Shown: in pieces, positions 1 to 13,884 of the stretch
Position numbering within the stretch: position 1 is the first letter of the stretch
Layout: every line of letters begins with the position of its first letter
Assembly (NCBI RefSeq): GCF_963921235.1
Contig: NC_086097.1
Location: 76,324,001 to 76,388,000, forward strand
DNA length: 64,000 bases
Origin: Mobula hypostoma
Taxonomy: Eukaryota
Direction: 5' to 3'
Notes under the pieces: model-generated
The model's database searches: none
Seen by the model: the letters and a program-made list of their open reading frames with translations, nothing else
Told to the model about the DNA's origin: nothing
Position numbers and translations under genes: made by a program

Positions 1-639
1 CTTCTCTCGATCCAAATTCCAGATTGGGAAATAAATCCATTCCTTTAGCACTTGTAATGAGGAAGTAGGATGGATTTATCCCAAGGAAAGGAAGGATGGA
101 GGAAGAACTGATCTTGCTACAAAGTGACTTTGAGCAGAAGCAGAGGTTCAAAAAATCATATCATGACTTTAGGTTGCAGAAAGAATTCTCTGAATGCTAT
201 ACTGCACTGTGGAAAAATGTCAAGATGTTCATTATTGTCTTTCCAACAATTTAGTGGAGTGCAGTTGCTCAAATTCTTTCAAAGCAATGAAACAGACAGC
301 AAATTACTGAACATGGGGATCTGAGACTCCTTCTGAATGACATTGTCTGATGTTGAGAAGCTGATGTCACTGCCCCAAGCCCATCCACCTCATTGAAAGG
401 TGAAAAAGCAATGAAGTAGTGGACTACTAATGTACACTCTAAAATAGTTGAGAAAATTGTATTTATTATGATTAAAGAAATAATTTTATTTGCAGCTTTA
501 AATAGATTTGAATATTTTTTGCAATTATTTGTCACTGCTTTGAATTTGCAGTTCCTATTTTCTTTCACTGTGCATCACAATCAAGATTCTTTATAGCTTT
601 TATGTAATGGCCAGAAATGGGGAGAGGGGCACTGGGGAT

Positions 640-689
640 GTTGTTTGGAAGCCAAGGGGGCAGTAACCAAAAAAGTTTGGGAACCACTG
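640..689. mobile_element. Probable end of a hAT/Charlie-type MITE
   Basis: Ends in aaaaagtttgggaaccactg, a typical Charlie-like terminus. The other end was not found. Confidence 0.3.
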
Positions 690-2061
690 TTCTAGAAGAT
701 GCAGAGGAGATTAATGTTGTTGAATGGAGGTCCTAACTAAGGATAATGCCTCTATGGAAAATCCAGACTACAAAGCGAAACTGCAATAGACAGGATCACC
801 ATAGTAGTGGGTCCTTTCAGGTTTCACTGGAAACATGGTTTTCTGTAGCACCTTTAAAAATACCACTGTTAAATCTGAAACACTGTCTTCTAACACTATA
901 ACATTATTTTTTTCTGACACCCAATAAACCAAAGCCATAAAATGTTGAAATTATGCAGCCCCTGTCTTCTACTGCCATGGCAACAAATAGATTTCACATC
1001 ATGTTCAGTTTCCAAGCTATTTATGATTTCCCTCGTGTACCTATCAGAGTGAAGATAGTGCTTACCTCCTACTGAGCTAGCTCGGAATACTAACGGCTGA
1101 GAATAATTAAACAGCCCGTGGTGGACTACTGACATAATGTATCTTTAGCACGTGGCTCCAGTATGACTACATATACATAGTACTCCATATATTGAAAATG
1201 CTCACATTTTCTTGCTCAACTCTCACACTTTACTACAACTCACAATTTAAAACACCATATACTTCAGACTCAAGTGCATAGCAGTTTTTACCCTGTGTGT
1301 TCATTTTTACAGGTAAATCAACTAACTGGGACTGCATAAAGTTACATTCCTTTCATCTGTGTAAAAAGAGAATATTCTAATATCAATCTGTAAGGAACAT
1401 ACAGCCACGGATATTTTTAAAAAGTATCTGGACAAGTTTCAGCAAGAAAAAGTAGTGTGTTAGAAATGTCTATTAATGTAAGTTATTATTCTGTCTGTAG
1501 TGTTTTGAATTTAAAAAAAGTTACAGAGAGCTGAGCTTAATCAGGCATACTAAGTAAACATTGACACTGACATTATATTTTAACTTTGTAATGCTTTTAA
1601 AGATATTAACAATGTATCCTAATATACAATTAAATGTTAACATGCTGTTATGAGTGCATCTAACATTGCATTGCATAATTTGTCTGGTTTCTGGAAACTG
1701 TAGTCCTGCAGTCTCTCTTAATCCTTGAGAGTTGTATATTTTCAATTAGCATTTTGGGGGTTTGTTGGTTCAGACCAGACACAGTATTGATAATAATGAA
1801 GAAGACGCCCAGATGTTCATTTCCAATTAACCTATACTCTGTGTAACTAAGTCACATGGTAGCAACTTCCTGTAGTGTAATAGATCAATCAGGTGCATTA
1901 AAGCTTTTTATTGCCGTCACGCCTTTTGGAAGAGCTTATTTCAATTGTTACTTGCAGATCCACTGGGATAGCAGTGGGTGAAACACGAGCAGCAATAGTG
2001 CTACTATGGACCAAATGGGTTTTGGTCAGTTATGTTATGAGAATTCTACAGAAGTCTGTCA

Positions 2062-2330
2062 GATGTCATAGCACAAAAACAGGCCCTTCTGTCCATCTAG
2101 TCCTTGCTGAAATCATTTAAACTGCCTCCTCCTATTGACCTGCACCAGGACCATAGCCCTCCATACCACTACCATCCATGTATATCCAAACTTCTCTTAA
2201 ACATTGAAATCGAGCTCATATGCACCACTTGCGCCGGCAGCTCATTCCACACTCTCGCGACCCTCTGACTGAAGTTTCCCCTTGTGTTCCCGTTAAGCCT
2301 CTCACCTTTCACTTTTAACCCATGACCTCA
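2062..2330 (-). mobile_element. CR1-clade LINE 3' fragment
   Basis: Similar to the 3' end of the longer CR1 at 23.6 kb (accactt..gc.ggcagctcattccacac; aggcccttc..cc tail). Confidence 0.75.
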
Positions 2331-3064
2331 ACAAATATTTTGTACTGAGATGTAACAAAAATAATGCAGTACGCGTAATAAAAGAAAATACCCATTCAAG
2401 AAGAAAAATTGCATTTCAAACATTTCAGTAAGTTTTAATGGTCATTAATTTTCACAGCAAATTCCCATGGAATAACACAGCAAGCATGCCTTTAATTTGA
2501 TATAAATAATGTCAATCCATAATGAAGTTTCTGAATGTTTAGTGCTGTGTCCCCACAAGGTACAATTTATCCTGGTCACGCACTGAACAAATCAGATTTG
2601 AAAAAGTTTGCAACTTAAAAAAAAATCTTTGCAGTACCAGTATCACATCTAAAAAGAGCTGATTCCATGTAAAGGTCCAGGTAGAATGATAAGCTGAATT
2701 TCTAAATAAAGCCTTCATTCCTTGACTACCCATCCAAAGATAGAGAGAGATTCAGTAGAAATTCTGGAAATATATGATCCATGGAGCTGAATAAAATATG
2801 ACAGATGATCTCTGGATAGCTATTCAATAATATTCTGCTGCTCCTGGTACATTGTTCAATGATGGGCAGTTTGTAAAAGCAGAGTGCCACAAAATACCAT
2901 TCAGCAGCAATGAATGAAGAGCCTCTAGTTAGCAAAGAGAAAGCCAGGAAGTGAATGAAGTAGAGTGGGTTTACACTGAAAGGTTGTTTTAGTTTTTGGA
3001 TTATCTTAAATATTATCTGTAACCAAATTCTGTTGTAACTCCCCCAAAAATGATTCTTAGAAAG

Positions 3065-3624
3065 TGGCCACACATTTTAATTCCACATCCCATTCCCATT
3101 CTGATATGTCTATCCATGGCCTCCTCTACTGTAAAGATGAAGCCACACTCAGGTTGGGGAAACAACACCTTATATTCCGTCTGGGTAGCCTCCAACCTGA
3201 TAGTATGAACATCGACTTCTCTAACTTCCGCTAATGCCCCACCTCCCCCTCGTACCCCATCCGTTATTTATTTATATACACACATTCTTTCTCTCTCTCC
3301 TTTTTCCCCCCTCTGTCCCTCTCACTATACCCCTTGCCCATCCTCTGGGATTCCCCCCCCCTTTCCTTCTCCCCGGGCCTCCTGTCCCATGATCCTCTCA
3401 TATCCCTTTTGCCAATCAACTGTCCAGCTCTTGGCTCCATCCCTCCCCCTCCTGTCTTCTCCTATCATTTTGGACCTCCCCCTCCCCCTCCCACTTTCAA
3501 ATCTCTTACTAGCTCTTCCTTCAGTTAGTCCTGACGGAGGGTCTCAGCCCGAAACGTCAACTGTACCTCTTCCTGGAGATGCTCCCTGGCCTGCTACATT
3601 CACCAGCAACTTTGATGTGTATCC
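3065..3624 (+). mobile_element. 5'-truncated Penelope-like element: GIY-YIG C-terminus + pyrimidine-rich 3' region + hammerhead motif
   Basis: 3064-3234 translates VATHFNSTSHSHSDMSIHGLLYCKDEATLRLGKQHLIFRLGSLQPDSMNIDFSNFR*, the PLE endonuclease C-terminal pattern (HF..H...L.xL.PxGxN). Flanked by direct repeat cttagaaag (3056-3064 / 3625-3633). Confidence 0.8.
3522..3563 (+). ncRNA. Minimal type I hammerhead ribozyme motif (core substitution at A9)
   Basis: cagttagtc-CTGACGG-A-GGGTCTCAGCCC-GAAA-CGTC-aactg. Confidence 0.65.
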
Positions 3625-3906
3625 CTTAGAAAGCAGTGTATTTTCACTTTTATTTAAATACAAGGGCATGTTTGTTTGTTTCTGACTCACTAAAGTATCT
3701 GGGTTTGGAATAAATCAACAATTTTAAGTACCAGTATAGACAGACCAGCCATTTGAAAGCTCCTGAATAATGTGTCACTGCCAATCCATTTCCATGTTGG
3801 TGATGTTCCATTTACAATTTCTTTTTGCCTTGTCCATTGACCAATTTATAAGCGGATCAAGCCAACAATTTGCTAGGAGATCAATCTAGGTTTCAAACAT
3901 GATTCA

Positions 3907-3995
3907 AACACAAGGAAATCTGCAGATGCTGGAAATTCAAGCAACGCACATGCTACCTGGCCTGCTGCGTTCCACCAGCATTTTGTGTGTGTTGC
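3907..3995. mobile_element. Short inverted fragment pair of the Penelope-derived repeat (hammerhead part missing)
   Basis: ctgcagatgctggaaattcaagcaacgcaca (-) fused to cctggcctgctgcgttccaccagcattttgtgtgtgttgc (+). Confidence 0.7.
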
Positions 3996-6900
3996 ATAAA
4001 TATGTCCCACCTCTGTCAGTTCAAGTACTGCTATCTTGGGTACAATCCATTTTATGGCATACCAATTAGAAACCAGAAAAACAAAAGGGAACAGATATGG
4101 AAATTCTGTCCCTCACCTCTAAAATGTCAAGAATCTCACTTAGCGTGGAAGGAGGTTACATTTCAATTGAACTTCAGGCAGTGATTTGCTGAGCACTTGC
4201 TGAACTTCTGCTTTTTCCACTGCAATCCTTGTACCATCTTAGGTGAAATGCTAAATATCAAAGATCACTTCAAGCTTTTGAATACACACCGTAGTTCAAT
4301 TGTTCCTCTTACTTATTCTAATATGGCTACAATCAGAAACATTTTGAGCAGCTGTCGCCATCTGTAGACATAATACTTCCATTATCTTGTGCCAAATTGA
4401 AGGCATGGCCTATCAGAATCAAACTGATAATCATCCTATTACTGTATAAACTTAGAGTGGATATTGTGTGCAAAATGGGTATTGTGTGCAAACAATAAAC
4501 AAAGACTCAAAGTGCTGTAAACTAACATTATACTGCGTGCTCATGGAACTGACTTAAATCCCGTTCCTTGCCACTTCTAATAGACAGTGATGTGGTGATC
4601 TAACTTGAATTACAAACTAAAAAAATAACATTAAATACATATTCAGGAGAACATCAGAAATCTTCAAAGTCCAATTTGATACGGAATTATCAATGATTTT
4701 AAGAAGCTTTATGATTGTAAATGCTATATAAAAACAAAAACAAAAACAGGAATGTACAGTTTCTGAGCAGTATAACAGCACTGATTTAGATATGAACAAA
4801 TCTTTCATCTGCATTTGTTGAAAACTCTGCTTACTATAAACAGATGATTCATTTCCTAATGTATCGCTTACATCATAGAGTGCTGATTATAGGGCATTAT
4901 TCTTTGTTCTGTACAACTTTATTTGGGAGATCCTTAACATTGCAATATCAGATTTACTTGCATAAATCCAATTTTACAGGCGCCAGTTCAGCTTTTATCA
5001 AAGTGAGAACAGTGAAATACTGGCAAGTCCCAATGCGAAACAATATCAAAGAAGACAACGAAAGCAGTGTTTTGAAAACATGGTGAATAGCCTTAAAAAG
5101 ATTTTTCAGAATTACTAACAAAGAATTTGGTGCATTGCATGATAGCTATTTTTGGGATTAAAATGGGCTTTTGGCAGTAGATTTTTAAGATACTATTTGA
5201 TGTTTAGGAATCAAAAGTCAAGTCCTCCGGTTTTGTCACTCTGATAAGTGCACTAGATAAACTTTTGGGACACTTGTTGGTGTAGCTCCTAGAGCTGAAC
5301 ACGCTTTCTATGCATGGAGGACCTCCACTAGTAATCCTTAAAGAGATCAAGAACTACTTAAATATTAGCTGCTGGATTATTTCTTCATGCAGCTGGTGCA
5401 ACTCTATGATTTTTGGAGCTTTCCCATATTTGTCTAGAGTTTCAACGGTCTACAAGGTGTGGTCTGGCTGATGTTTGATGGCTTAAAGGCTTGTTCTGAG
5501 ACAAGTTCCTTCAACTCATGGGTGGCCTGGTAGACTTTGCTCTTAGAAATAAACATAATTGTATAAAGAGAGATGTTAGAGAGCAAAACAAGTTGCTAGG
5601 AGAACAAGGCAAAGGGAAAGAAGGGCTCTCAGCAGAAGCTACACCATACAGGGCCTTCAGGAAGAGTGCCTCTTACCAAAACTTCAATGAAAGAATGGCT
5701 GGGACCAACAACAGAAAATTACATGATTATAATTTCTTTAATGCTGTACTATATTGTGAGGTGATTAACAGAAGCATTTACATTTTTTTGCAGCACTGTG
5801 TCCCTGTGAATGTCACAAAGTAGAATTACGAAAAATAATGGGGCACCATCATGGCTCAAAATTTCCCTGTTAATTCACAATTACCACGATTTTTCCAACT
5901 TGGAAATTCAGTTAACTTAAAGGGGTCTGTAAATCATTATTACAGAATCAATTGAACTTATACAGTGGAATTAAGTTCTTGCAGCATTGAAATTCTTTAA
6001 ACATTCCGCACCCTCTCTGTGAAAGGAAAACTTGTGTAAGATTGAGATCTCAAAACTGTAGAAGTGGCATCATTGAAAACTCAAAGTTCTCACAGAACTT
6101 TTATATACAGTGTATATAAAAGGCTTTAATAAATATGGTACATCACATTATTCGGGCACCTAGCAACAGCTTCTCAGAGCCTATACCTAGAGCTAGTTGC
6201 AAACAACGACCGCAGCATTGCTGCCTCACTAGGGAATAGCAACACTTCTACATAAGTGCTTCAATCATGGCCCTGGAATAGCTACTCTTCTGTGTCACAT
6301 GATGCTCCCCCGAACCATCACCCATTCACCTGGGAAGCCACTTTCAGAACTCTTGATTAAGAACTAAAACTAGCAAGTTGCTACAGAGAATAGATATAGT
6401 ATAAGGAAATAGTTACCAATAAATGTAGGGACTTTTTTTTTTGTCCCTTTGGGAGATTATTATAATAGGAATTAAATTAACATTCCAGAACCTGGAAACA
6501 ATCCTTGAACATCTCACTAAAAGAAATGTTTGATTGTCTTTTCCTTTTGCAATTGGACAAATGTCTGCTGAATTGACACTCAAATGGCTCACACCATCAA
6601 ACCATAAAATAAATCTGTGCACCCTATAACAGGGGCAACACTAGTTAATATTACTTAAATCATTCACATCTGAAGCCAGTGGGTCTGTCTGGATAGTTGA
6701 GCCTGATGCTTCTTGGGAGTCAGTCTCTAATCACATCTGGTTTAGCTTTAAACTTTCACTGATATTTTGCCAGCAGCCACAACCTTTTAATAGCCACAAT
6801 AAATTAAAATGACTGTAAAATGTGAAAATAGTACACTAACCTAAACTTAAATCTGGTATAATTTAAGGTTCTTTACAGAACATGACATGTATACAAATAG

Positions 6901-8210
6901 CTTCATATTGCCAATTAAAACATTTGCATTTTTCAATCTAATTTGATTGAATTTTGTAAAGGCACCATTATACTTTCAAATCATTAAAATTAATTTAAAG
7001 CAAAAAAAATGCATTTTACCAAAAGGTAAAGCATTTTATCAATTATACCCATTTATCTCTTTGAATTATAATTTATTGTGGCACACATGTAGGTCTGAAA
7101 GACACAGTAGCTCGACTTAATGCTGGAAACCTGCTGACAGAGGAGAGGAGATCAAACACAGATCATGTTTCTGCACAAACTACTAATACAGAGGGCAGGG
7201 CAAGGGTTCTATGAGAGCCAAGGGATGAGAGATGACAAGAGTACTTCAGTGTCCTGGGGTTGAACAAACAACAATTGATACTTTCTCAATACTTTGTTTT
7301 GGGATCTACATAAATGTGTTTTTTGACTGACACTATCCTTTTTTTTACACATGCTGCTTCATACGTGAGCTAATTCAAAAACATTCACTGGCTTAAAAGA
7401 GAAGAAGTCATTACAAGTGAACAAATATTTCTAATTTTAGTTTTGATTAGCTAATCATCATCATCTCATTCAAAGCAAAGGTCATAACAATATTTTAATA
7501 CTCTAATTTATTATCACAATGGTGTAACTGAGAACTTGCTTCTATTTGTACACCCAATTTGCTAATGTCACTTTAATCCTAAAATTTCCATCAATTTCTT
7601 GAGCATATCCCAATTACAAAGTCAAGATAAATTAGTGGTAATCTTTGGAAACAATTAGGGTTTAAGGAAAGTTATAAACTTAAGAATGAAAATTAAATTT
7701 TAAGGCCATAAATACCTGCACGGCAAATTCACAGCCTTAAAAATGCAAATTTTTACAGTCTCTATTTCACACAAACTAATGCCCAATGTCTTAAAATTAC
7801 ATTCAGGGATACATATAAACCAGTGCAATTTTTAGTGAAGATAATTTGAAACTTATTTCAAAAATTGCTACAAATTACCATAAATATGACTGTGTCCAAA
7901 ATGGTAGACATCATTTAAACTCTATTTGGAAAAGAACAACTTGCAAAAATTAACTTATACTCTATTGAAAGGGCAAGATTATTTTCTTTGATCAAAGATG
8001 TGATTGGACCAAAAATATCAAGGGAATTGCAGGTGTAATTCTCTGTTCCTTTATTTCTTCATTCTCAATTACACCATTTATGTAATTTGTTTTGATCTGA
8101 CAACACAGTTAGGTGCAAATACACAGGAAATGTTATACTCCTGAAAATAATTATGTTTAATCCGGCCTGAATCCAAAACAACTAGTTCATATATTTGAAA
8201 GTTTCAATAC

Positions 8211-8331
8211 CTGCAAGGTCTTTTTTCAACTTCCTGAGATCCTTCATGAGATCCTCAAACTTAACTTGTGAAGCTCGCAGTAATTCCTGGGGTTCTGGTA
8301 AAGGATATATACTTTTTTCCGTTCCTGCATC
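8211..8331 (-). CDS. FMN1: Formin-1 FH2 exon (121 nt, phase 0->1): [40 protein letters not shown]
   Basis: atgtaacag|GATGCAGGA...CTTGCAG|gtattg. PLPEPQ...KFED..KDLRKLK is an FMN-family motif. Confidence 0.93.
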
Positions 8332-9364
8332 CTGTTACATGAGAAAAGAAAATGTTAATATCTGGTTCAGATACCAGTGAAGATTAAGCCCCAATTTTCC
8401 TCACTAATGTCACATGAAAATATGTGTGTATTCTACCCTGATGGAAATGAAGTGGGTTTCTCTGGTCAAAATTCCAGAAGTAGATTCAGTGTGTCGCAAA
8501 CCTGTGTTTCAAACATGAATTCCTCAATTTTAATATTTATTTGAATCTGTTTTGGTACCACTTTATCTGCAATCATGACGTATATGGCTTCTGATGTAAA
8601 AAAAGACCCATCTAAAACACATGTCTAGTATTAGAAGTTATCCATCAGTTCACGAAAAGAAACATAGAATTATGCAATCGGTCGTCAGCAGAACTCTCAG
8701 CTTTGACCCCCACACCTTATCATATTGAATTTCAAGCTTGGATTATGCAGATAAAAGAGCTTAACTGCCCCTTAGAAACCACATTATTTCACGTTTCCTT
8801 CATTCCACCCATTGTCCTCCTCGACTTCTCTGCGACCTAGTTTTTATTTTCTTTTTAAATTTGCTTTCCTCCTGTTGTCATTTGTATTGTAATAATTAGC
8901 TGTAGCAACTGATGTGGTGTATTTTCCTCCAGTGTCACCAGTGCAACTATATAGTTTCTTACTGAACAACTTCCCCTCTTAATACAGCTGGCTGTCAATT
9001 GTAACGTGCTCCCAGATACACAGGGAAACATGTGTCTGTTGACATGATATCTGTTGACTACCATATAGACCAGGCAATTCATTGTGCCTCGTGCTCCTGA
9101 TGAGGCAGTTGCATTACAGCATGTGGATGTGGCAGTCTGGGCACTTGGCAACAAGTATATTTGTTCACTCTTCATCAGTGTTGATGATTTAAGGCATGAA
9201 TACCTGATTAGCTGCTTCCTCCGAAGCACCAACCATAATTTTTATTGTTCTTTCAGCAGCTCTTAACAGAAGCCAACATGCCAGGATGATCAGAGTAAAA
9301 ACAGACAATACCGCAAGCACACAGATACATCAATACCAGTGGAAAGAGAAACAGAAGCTCTTGG

Positions 9365-9490
9365 CCAAAGAGTCTCCAACTTGAAATGTTAACTCTTTTC
9401 CACAGAGGCTGCTTGACCTGTTGAACTTTTCCCCCAGCATCTCCTGCTTCTATTTCTAATTTCCAGCAACTGCACGCCTTTTGATTTTCA
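9365..9490 (+). mobile_element. Old, decayed copy of the Penelope-derived short repeat
   Basis: gaaatgttaactc...gctgcttgacctgttga...ccagcat...ttccagcaactgca. Confidence 0.55.
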
Positions 9491-9707
9491 AGGGTGATCA
9501 GAAGTTATTTTGTTCAAATGAATACACTGCCAGGTCCACATGTGCATGCAACAGCTTCATGATGATCAAGTTAACTGGACTCAATTACCATCCACCATGG
9601 AGCTGGTGAAAGCAATGACATTCAGTTATTAAGTTTGAAACAGATTTCCCTAGCTGAAAGCCATGCTGAGTATCCCTAATCAGTTCTTATCTATCAAAAT
9701 GTTGACT

Positions 9708-9998
9708 GGGGTGGCACAGTAGTGTAGTAGTTGGCACAATGATCTACAGTACTAGGGACCCAAGTTCAATTCCTGCCACTGCCTGTAAGGCGTTTGTGCA
9801 TGCTCCCCATGACTGCATGTGTTTCATCTGTGTGCTCCAGTTTCCTCCCACAGTCCAAAGATGTAGCGGTTGGTAGGTTAATAGGTCAGTGTAAATTGTC
9901 CCATGATTAGGCTAGGATTAAATCGGGGCCTGCTGGGCAGCACAGCTCGAAAGGCCAGAAGGGCCCATTCGGTGCTGTATCTCAATAAAATAAATAAA
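9708..9998 (+). mobile_element. tRNA-derived V-SINE (HE1-like), near full length
   Basis: tRNA-like head with A/B-box-like motifs (ggcacagtagtgtagtagtt; agttcaattcc), V-domain core (tttcctcccacagtccaaaga...ggttaa..ggtca.tgtaaattg), CR1-like tail ending in (taaa)n. Confidence 0.8.
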
Positions 9999-10733
9999 TT
10001 AATTAACTAAAACATTACTGTATTTCCTTATAAACACACTACAATGTTGACCTACTGGGATTGTAACGTGGAGAAAATATCTCAGTGATATTATCCTTCA
10101 TATTTCTAGATTCATGCCCACATTTAGATCTCCCTTCCCTTCATTGTTGATTCTTATATTCCGTATCTGTAGAATGGTAATGGGTTGAAAAGGAGCTTGA
10201 TATTGTCTCAAGACTCAGATCCGATCCACCCTCTTTTAATTGACTTAATCTCTCAAATTTGACTCAGCTACAAATCTGCTGCTTTACCACCCCTCATCTT
10301 CTAGTTCCCTGAAAATATTCAACCAAATTAATGCTAAAAACTGATGAGGGAGAAAAAAAATTGACTGCAGATGTCCTTTAAGTTTGTCCATAAAAGACAC
10401 ATAGACATTCTGGAGGCAAATGCGGCAAGAAAGGAAAATCTTTGTCATGAATGTTTAATTGAAAATCAACTCAAAAGAAATCAAATCAATTTTATAATGT
10501 CAGCTATATCAAAACAATTTATCTTTTTTAAAATTTACATTTGAAACAAACTGATATTTACGAAAATGCCTTTCTGATGGATTTAAAATCTTAGATAATT
10601 TTGTCAAGAGTATTCATAAAAAATGATAGTAAATAAGTTAAATTCCAAGGGAAGCTGATTTGAATAACTATTTGGTTTAACTTAGATGTGCAAGTTTGTG
10701 TGACAGAAATGCAAATAAAAGTCCATTAATTAC

Positions 10734-10793
10734 CTTGTCAAAATGGAGCAAGTAATACGATGCAACAAAATCCAAAAGACTGATCTGATTATC
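10734..10793 (-). CDS. FMN1: Formin-1 FH2 exon (60 nt, phase 0->0): DNQISLLDFVASYYLLHFDK
   Basis: ttttttcttttag|GATAATCAG...TTTGACAAG|gtaatt. Confidence 0.9.
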
Positions 10794-13700
10794 CTAAAAG
10801 AAAAAAATAATTTATTGTAAATGATTACTCTGAATATTAAATACAAAGCAAAGTATCTTTGTGTTCTTTTAATTTTCTGTTGACTAATGGACGACCACTA
10901 GCCATATTTCATTCTAGGTTAGAAACAGCAAAGAGGAAATAACCCTGTATTTCATTTTTAACAAATTGGCACCAGTATAATTATTTCCTCCAGATTTTAA
11001 TTAGCCTACTTTTCCATTTAACAAAATATAAACTAACATAGAAACTGAGATCATGTCAAATGTATGTGCTTATCCGAACTTCCTCTCTATAAATTCAGCA
11101 AAGGAATTACCATACAGATCTGAAAACCATACAGATTTCTGCCATGGATCTTCCTAAAGTTGAAGGGGCCAGAAGTCCATGACTTAAATGTCTTCATTGA
11201 GCTCGGGGCACTTTGTCTTCCTCCCTCAGTTAACTGTGAAAGATTATCCAATTGCTTAATTGACAAGTGGCAATGAGACTCACATGACAAATTTTAAAAT
11301 GCCAGGTAGCCAGGTCTAGACTTAAACTCACGGGAGGGTTTCAGAATTACTAATGGATTGGTTAGTTTGCACGGTGTAATCTAGGTATCTGAGTGAGTGA
11401 TATAACACATTTTAAAGGACCAAAATTCACTATCCCATCTTTGGTCCCAGTGTTAGTTGTTTGGATGGATTATGGAAGGAGCTAGGCAGAACATTGGATG
11501 GGCATCCTATACACTGAGGTGAAATGGCAGCTCCCACCCTAGTCTTCTGGCTCCCATGACAGAGGCCTGCCAAAGTTATAGCAGCTGGCCACAGCAACAT
11601 TAATCAATATTCAGGGTTGACAGTGTTTAAAATAAATTGCTTAATAACTTCAGCTAAACACAGAATAACAATATAAAATACTGACATGCTCTCCTTATGA
11701 ATTCCTATTCCTCATGGCTTTGTTTGTGCAATTTAAACAGAGAATTAGTAGAAATGCATGGGCAGATAAAAAGCTGAAAATTCAGTATATACAGCAAAAA
11801 GCATTAAGATACATTAAGAGGCAGTGCACTAAAATCTCATAGTAAATATTAATATATGAAAAATGTGACAATTATGTAGCAGAAATTTCCCTGAACTTGA
11901 GAAGTTCAAATTTTAGGATTACCATTATCTATGCAGAGATAATTCGGAAAACAGGTTTAAACATTTTCACATTGAAGGTTCCTTTGACTCAATAAATTGC
12001 AAGTCACGACTGAAATGCACAGCAACCCCGGTAACAAAACTATGTGGCTCATGCCTTAATCTTGCCCATCACAAGCAAGGCTCTGCGTAATTGGTCTGTT
12101 TCACTGAATTTTACAACTTATAAACTTCAATGAGATGTAACAAAATCCCAAACTGTTTGAATATTTGTACTCCTGAAACAGTTGACCAGTAATTTTCTTG
12201 TTTTACTAAAGTTTGATGAAATTATAAATGAAGAAAAAAATCCTTATTTCCTTTAACTTCTATAAAAGCTGGTTTTAATCTGAGACAACTATTTGATTTT
12301 CTTCTATTTTAGCTAACAATGACAAATAGCTTACAATATTATCATTTTTGTTTTAAACCACATGTCATTTCACAAAACTGTGAATGCAATTAATTATAAC
12401 TTGGCATTGGTTCCTTACATCTCTGTATGGAATGAACAAAACCTTTTAAAAAAACAATATTTGGTTAATGCTTGCGAACTTTCTCAACATAAGTAAGCTG
12501 CATACTTACAAAATTATTTATATTGAATGTTTAAATGTGATTAAAACCAGTTAAACACATCTCTGGAATTCTTGTTAAATTTAATCTTTTGGTAAAAGTC
12601 ATAAAATAACTTACAAATCATTTCAAAAGGTTCTTTCAAATCCCACTGCAGTAAGATTAGAATGGTCTGCCAAACCATTTTGCATTGACCTTTTATTATT
12701 TCTGTAGTTCGCATGTTAGAAACAGACTCTTGGTCCCACAAATTTATTCAGTAAATTACCTTTAAGTCATTTCTGAAGTATTTAAGTCAATCACATTGCA
12801 CCTGATATTCGTTTTACACTGCTAAGGCTGAAATGAATATCTCAGCTAAAGAATATGTTGTTTCCTATGTCATGAAATCTTTTAATATAAAAAGTAAAAG
12901 AGTGTTTGAAATCTTCTCTTCCTGAATTATACAATATCATGAAGAAGTTTTGCACTTTTATTCTTTTACTTTGGCATAAAGGTTTCAGTAATTGATTCAG
13001 CAAATTTTGACACTAATTAGCATATGTCATATTTTACTACTGAGAACAATGTTTTAATACTATTGCACCCAAATGCACATATCCTTTGCTGTAATCATTG
13101 TGCTTCGACAAGGTGACTAAATAGTGTGACGAGCATTGTAACAGGCAAAGTAAAACAAGGATTGCAAGGTATAAAAAGTGTTGAGGCAGTATTGACTTTT
13201 GAGCAGTTCTATCCCACTACAGAGTTCATGTGCACCCTACTTCAGCAAGCATTTTATTATGTACCAGCTTACAAACAGGGGTGAATTCTTATTAGAGACG
13301 AGTCAAATGGCTACTTAGAACATAGGACATCGAACATTTCAGCACAATACAGGCCCTTCGGCTCACAATGGTGTGCCGACCTTTTAACCTTCTTTAATCC
13401 TAACCATCCTAAAGCCAGAAGGCCCATTTATTATTTCCACAGGAAACATACTTTAGAAAAAAAAATCACAAATTAAGGACAAAGCACAGAGCAAAACCTG
13501 CAGGAAGAATGACTAACTGCACCTACATTACAGGGAGGCAATTTATGGCTAAATATCCAAACACAACCTGAAAGAAATAAGGCTCTGTGCAAGTTGTGAG
13601 GATATAGAGAAAAAGAAGAGAAAGAGAGGGGTGTGATTTGATTGTTTATGAGTTTATTTTCTATCTGACCTATAGGGCAAAAATATTCATACTGTCATAA

Positions 13701-13884
13701 AATAGAGGCTCCATGCTGGTAGTTTTGTCCTGGAAGACATAGCAATGCTGAAAGTCTAAAACTACTTAGTTGAAAGCCATCAGAAAAATGCTGAAGAATT
13801 TATCATTTCACTTATGAAACAGGATTTATAATGTTTTAAAATTTTGTATTCCTATTTAAAATGTAACTCCATTGCAAATGGACC

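Noticed and set aside
3334..3685. Pro-rich ORFs (PPPPPPP)
   Set aside because: Pyrimidine-rich 3' region of the Penelope-like element, on the strand opposite to FMN1.
4351..4369. CTCF-like word (rc ctacagatggcgacagc)
   Set aside because: Only the 3' half of the motif matches; unsupported without a PWM score or ChIP data.
8195..8380. Plus-strand ORFs over exons (also 16539-16733, 18461-18733) and wrong-frame ORF 15655-15900
   Set aside because: Antisense or off-frame shadows of real FMN1 exons.
9090..9125. CTGATGAG resembling a hammerhead core (also at 10341 and 58558)
   Set aside because: No stem II followed by GAAA and no stem I pairing.
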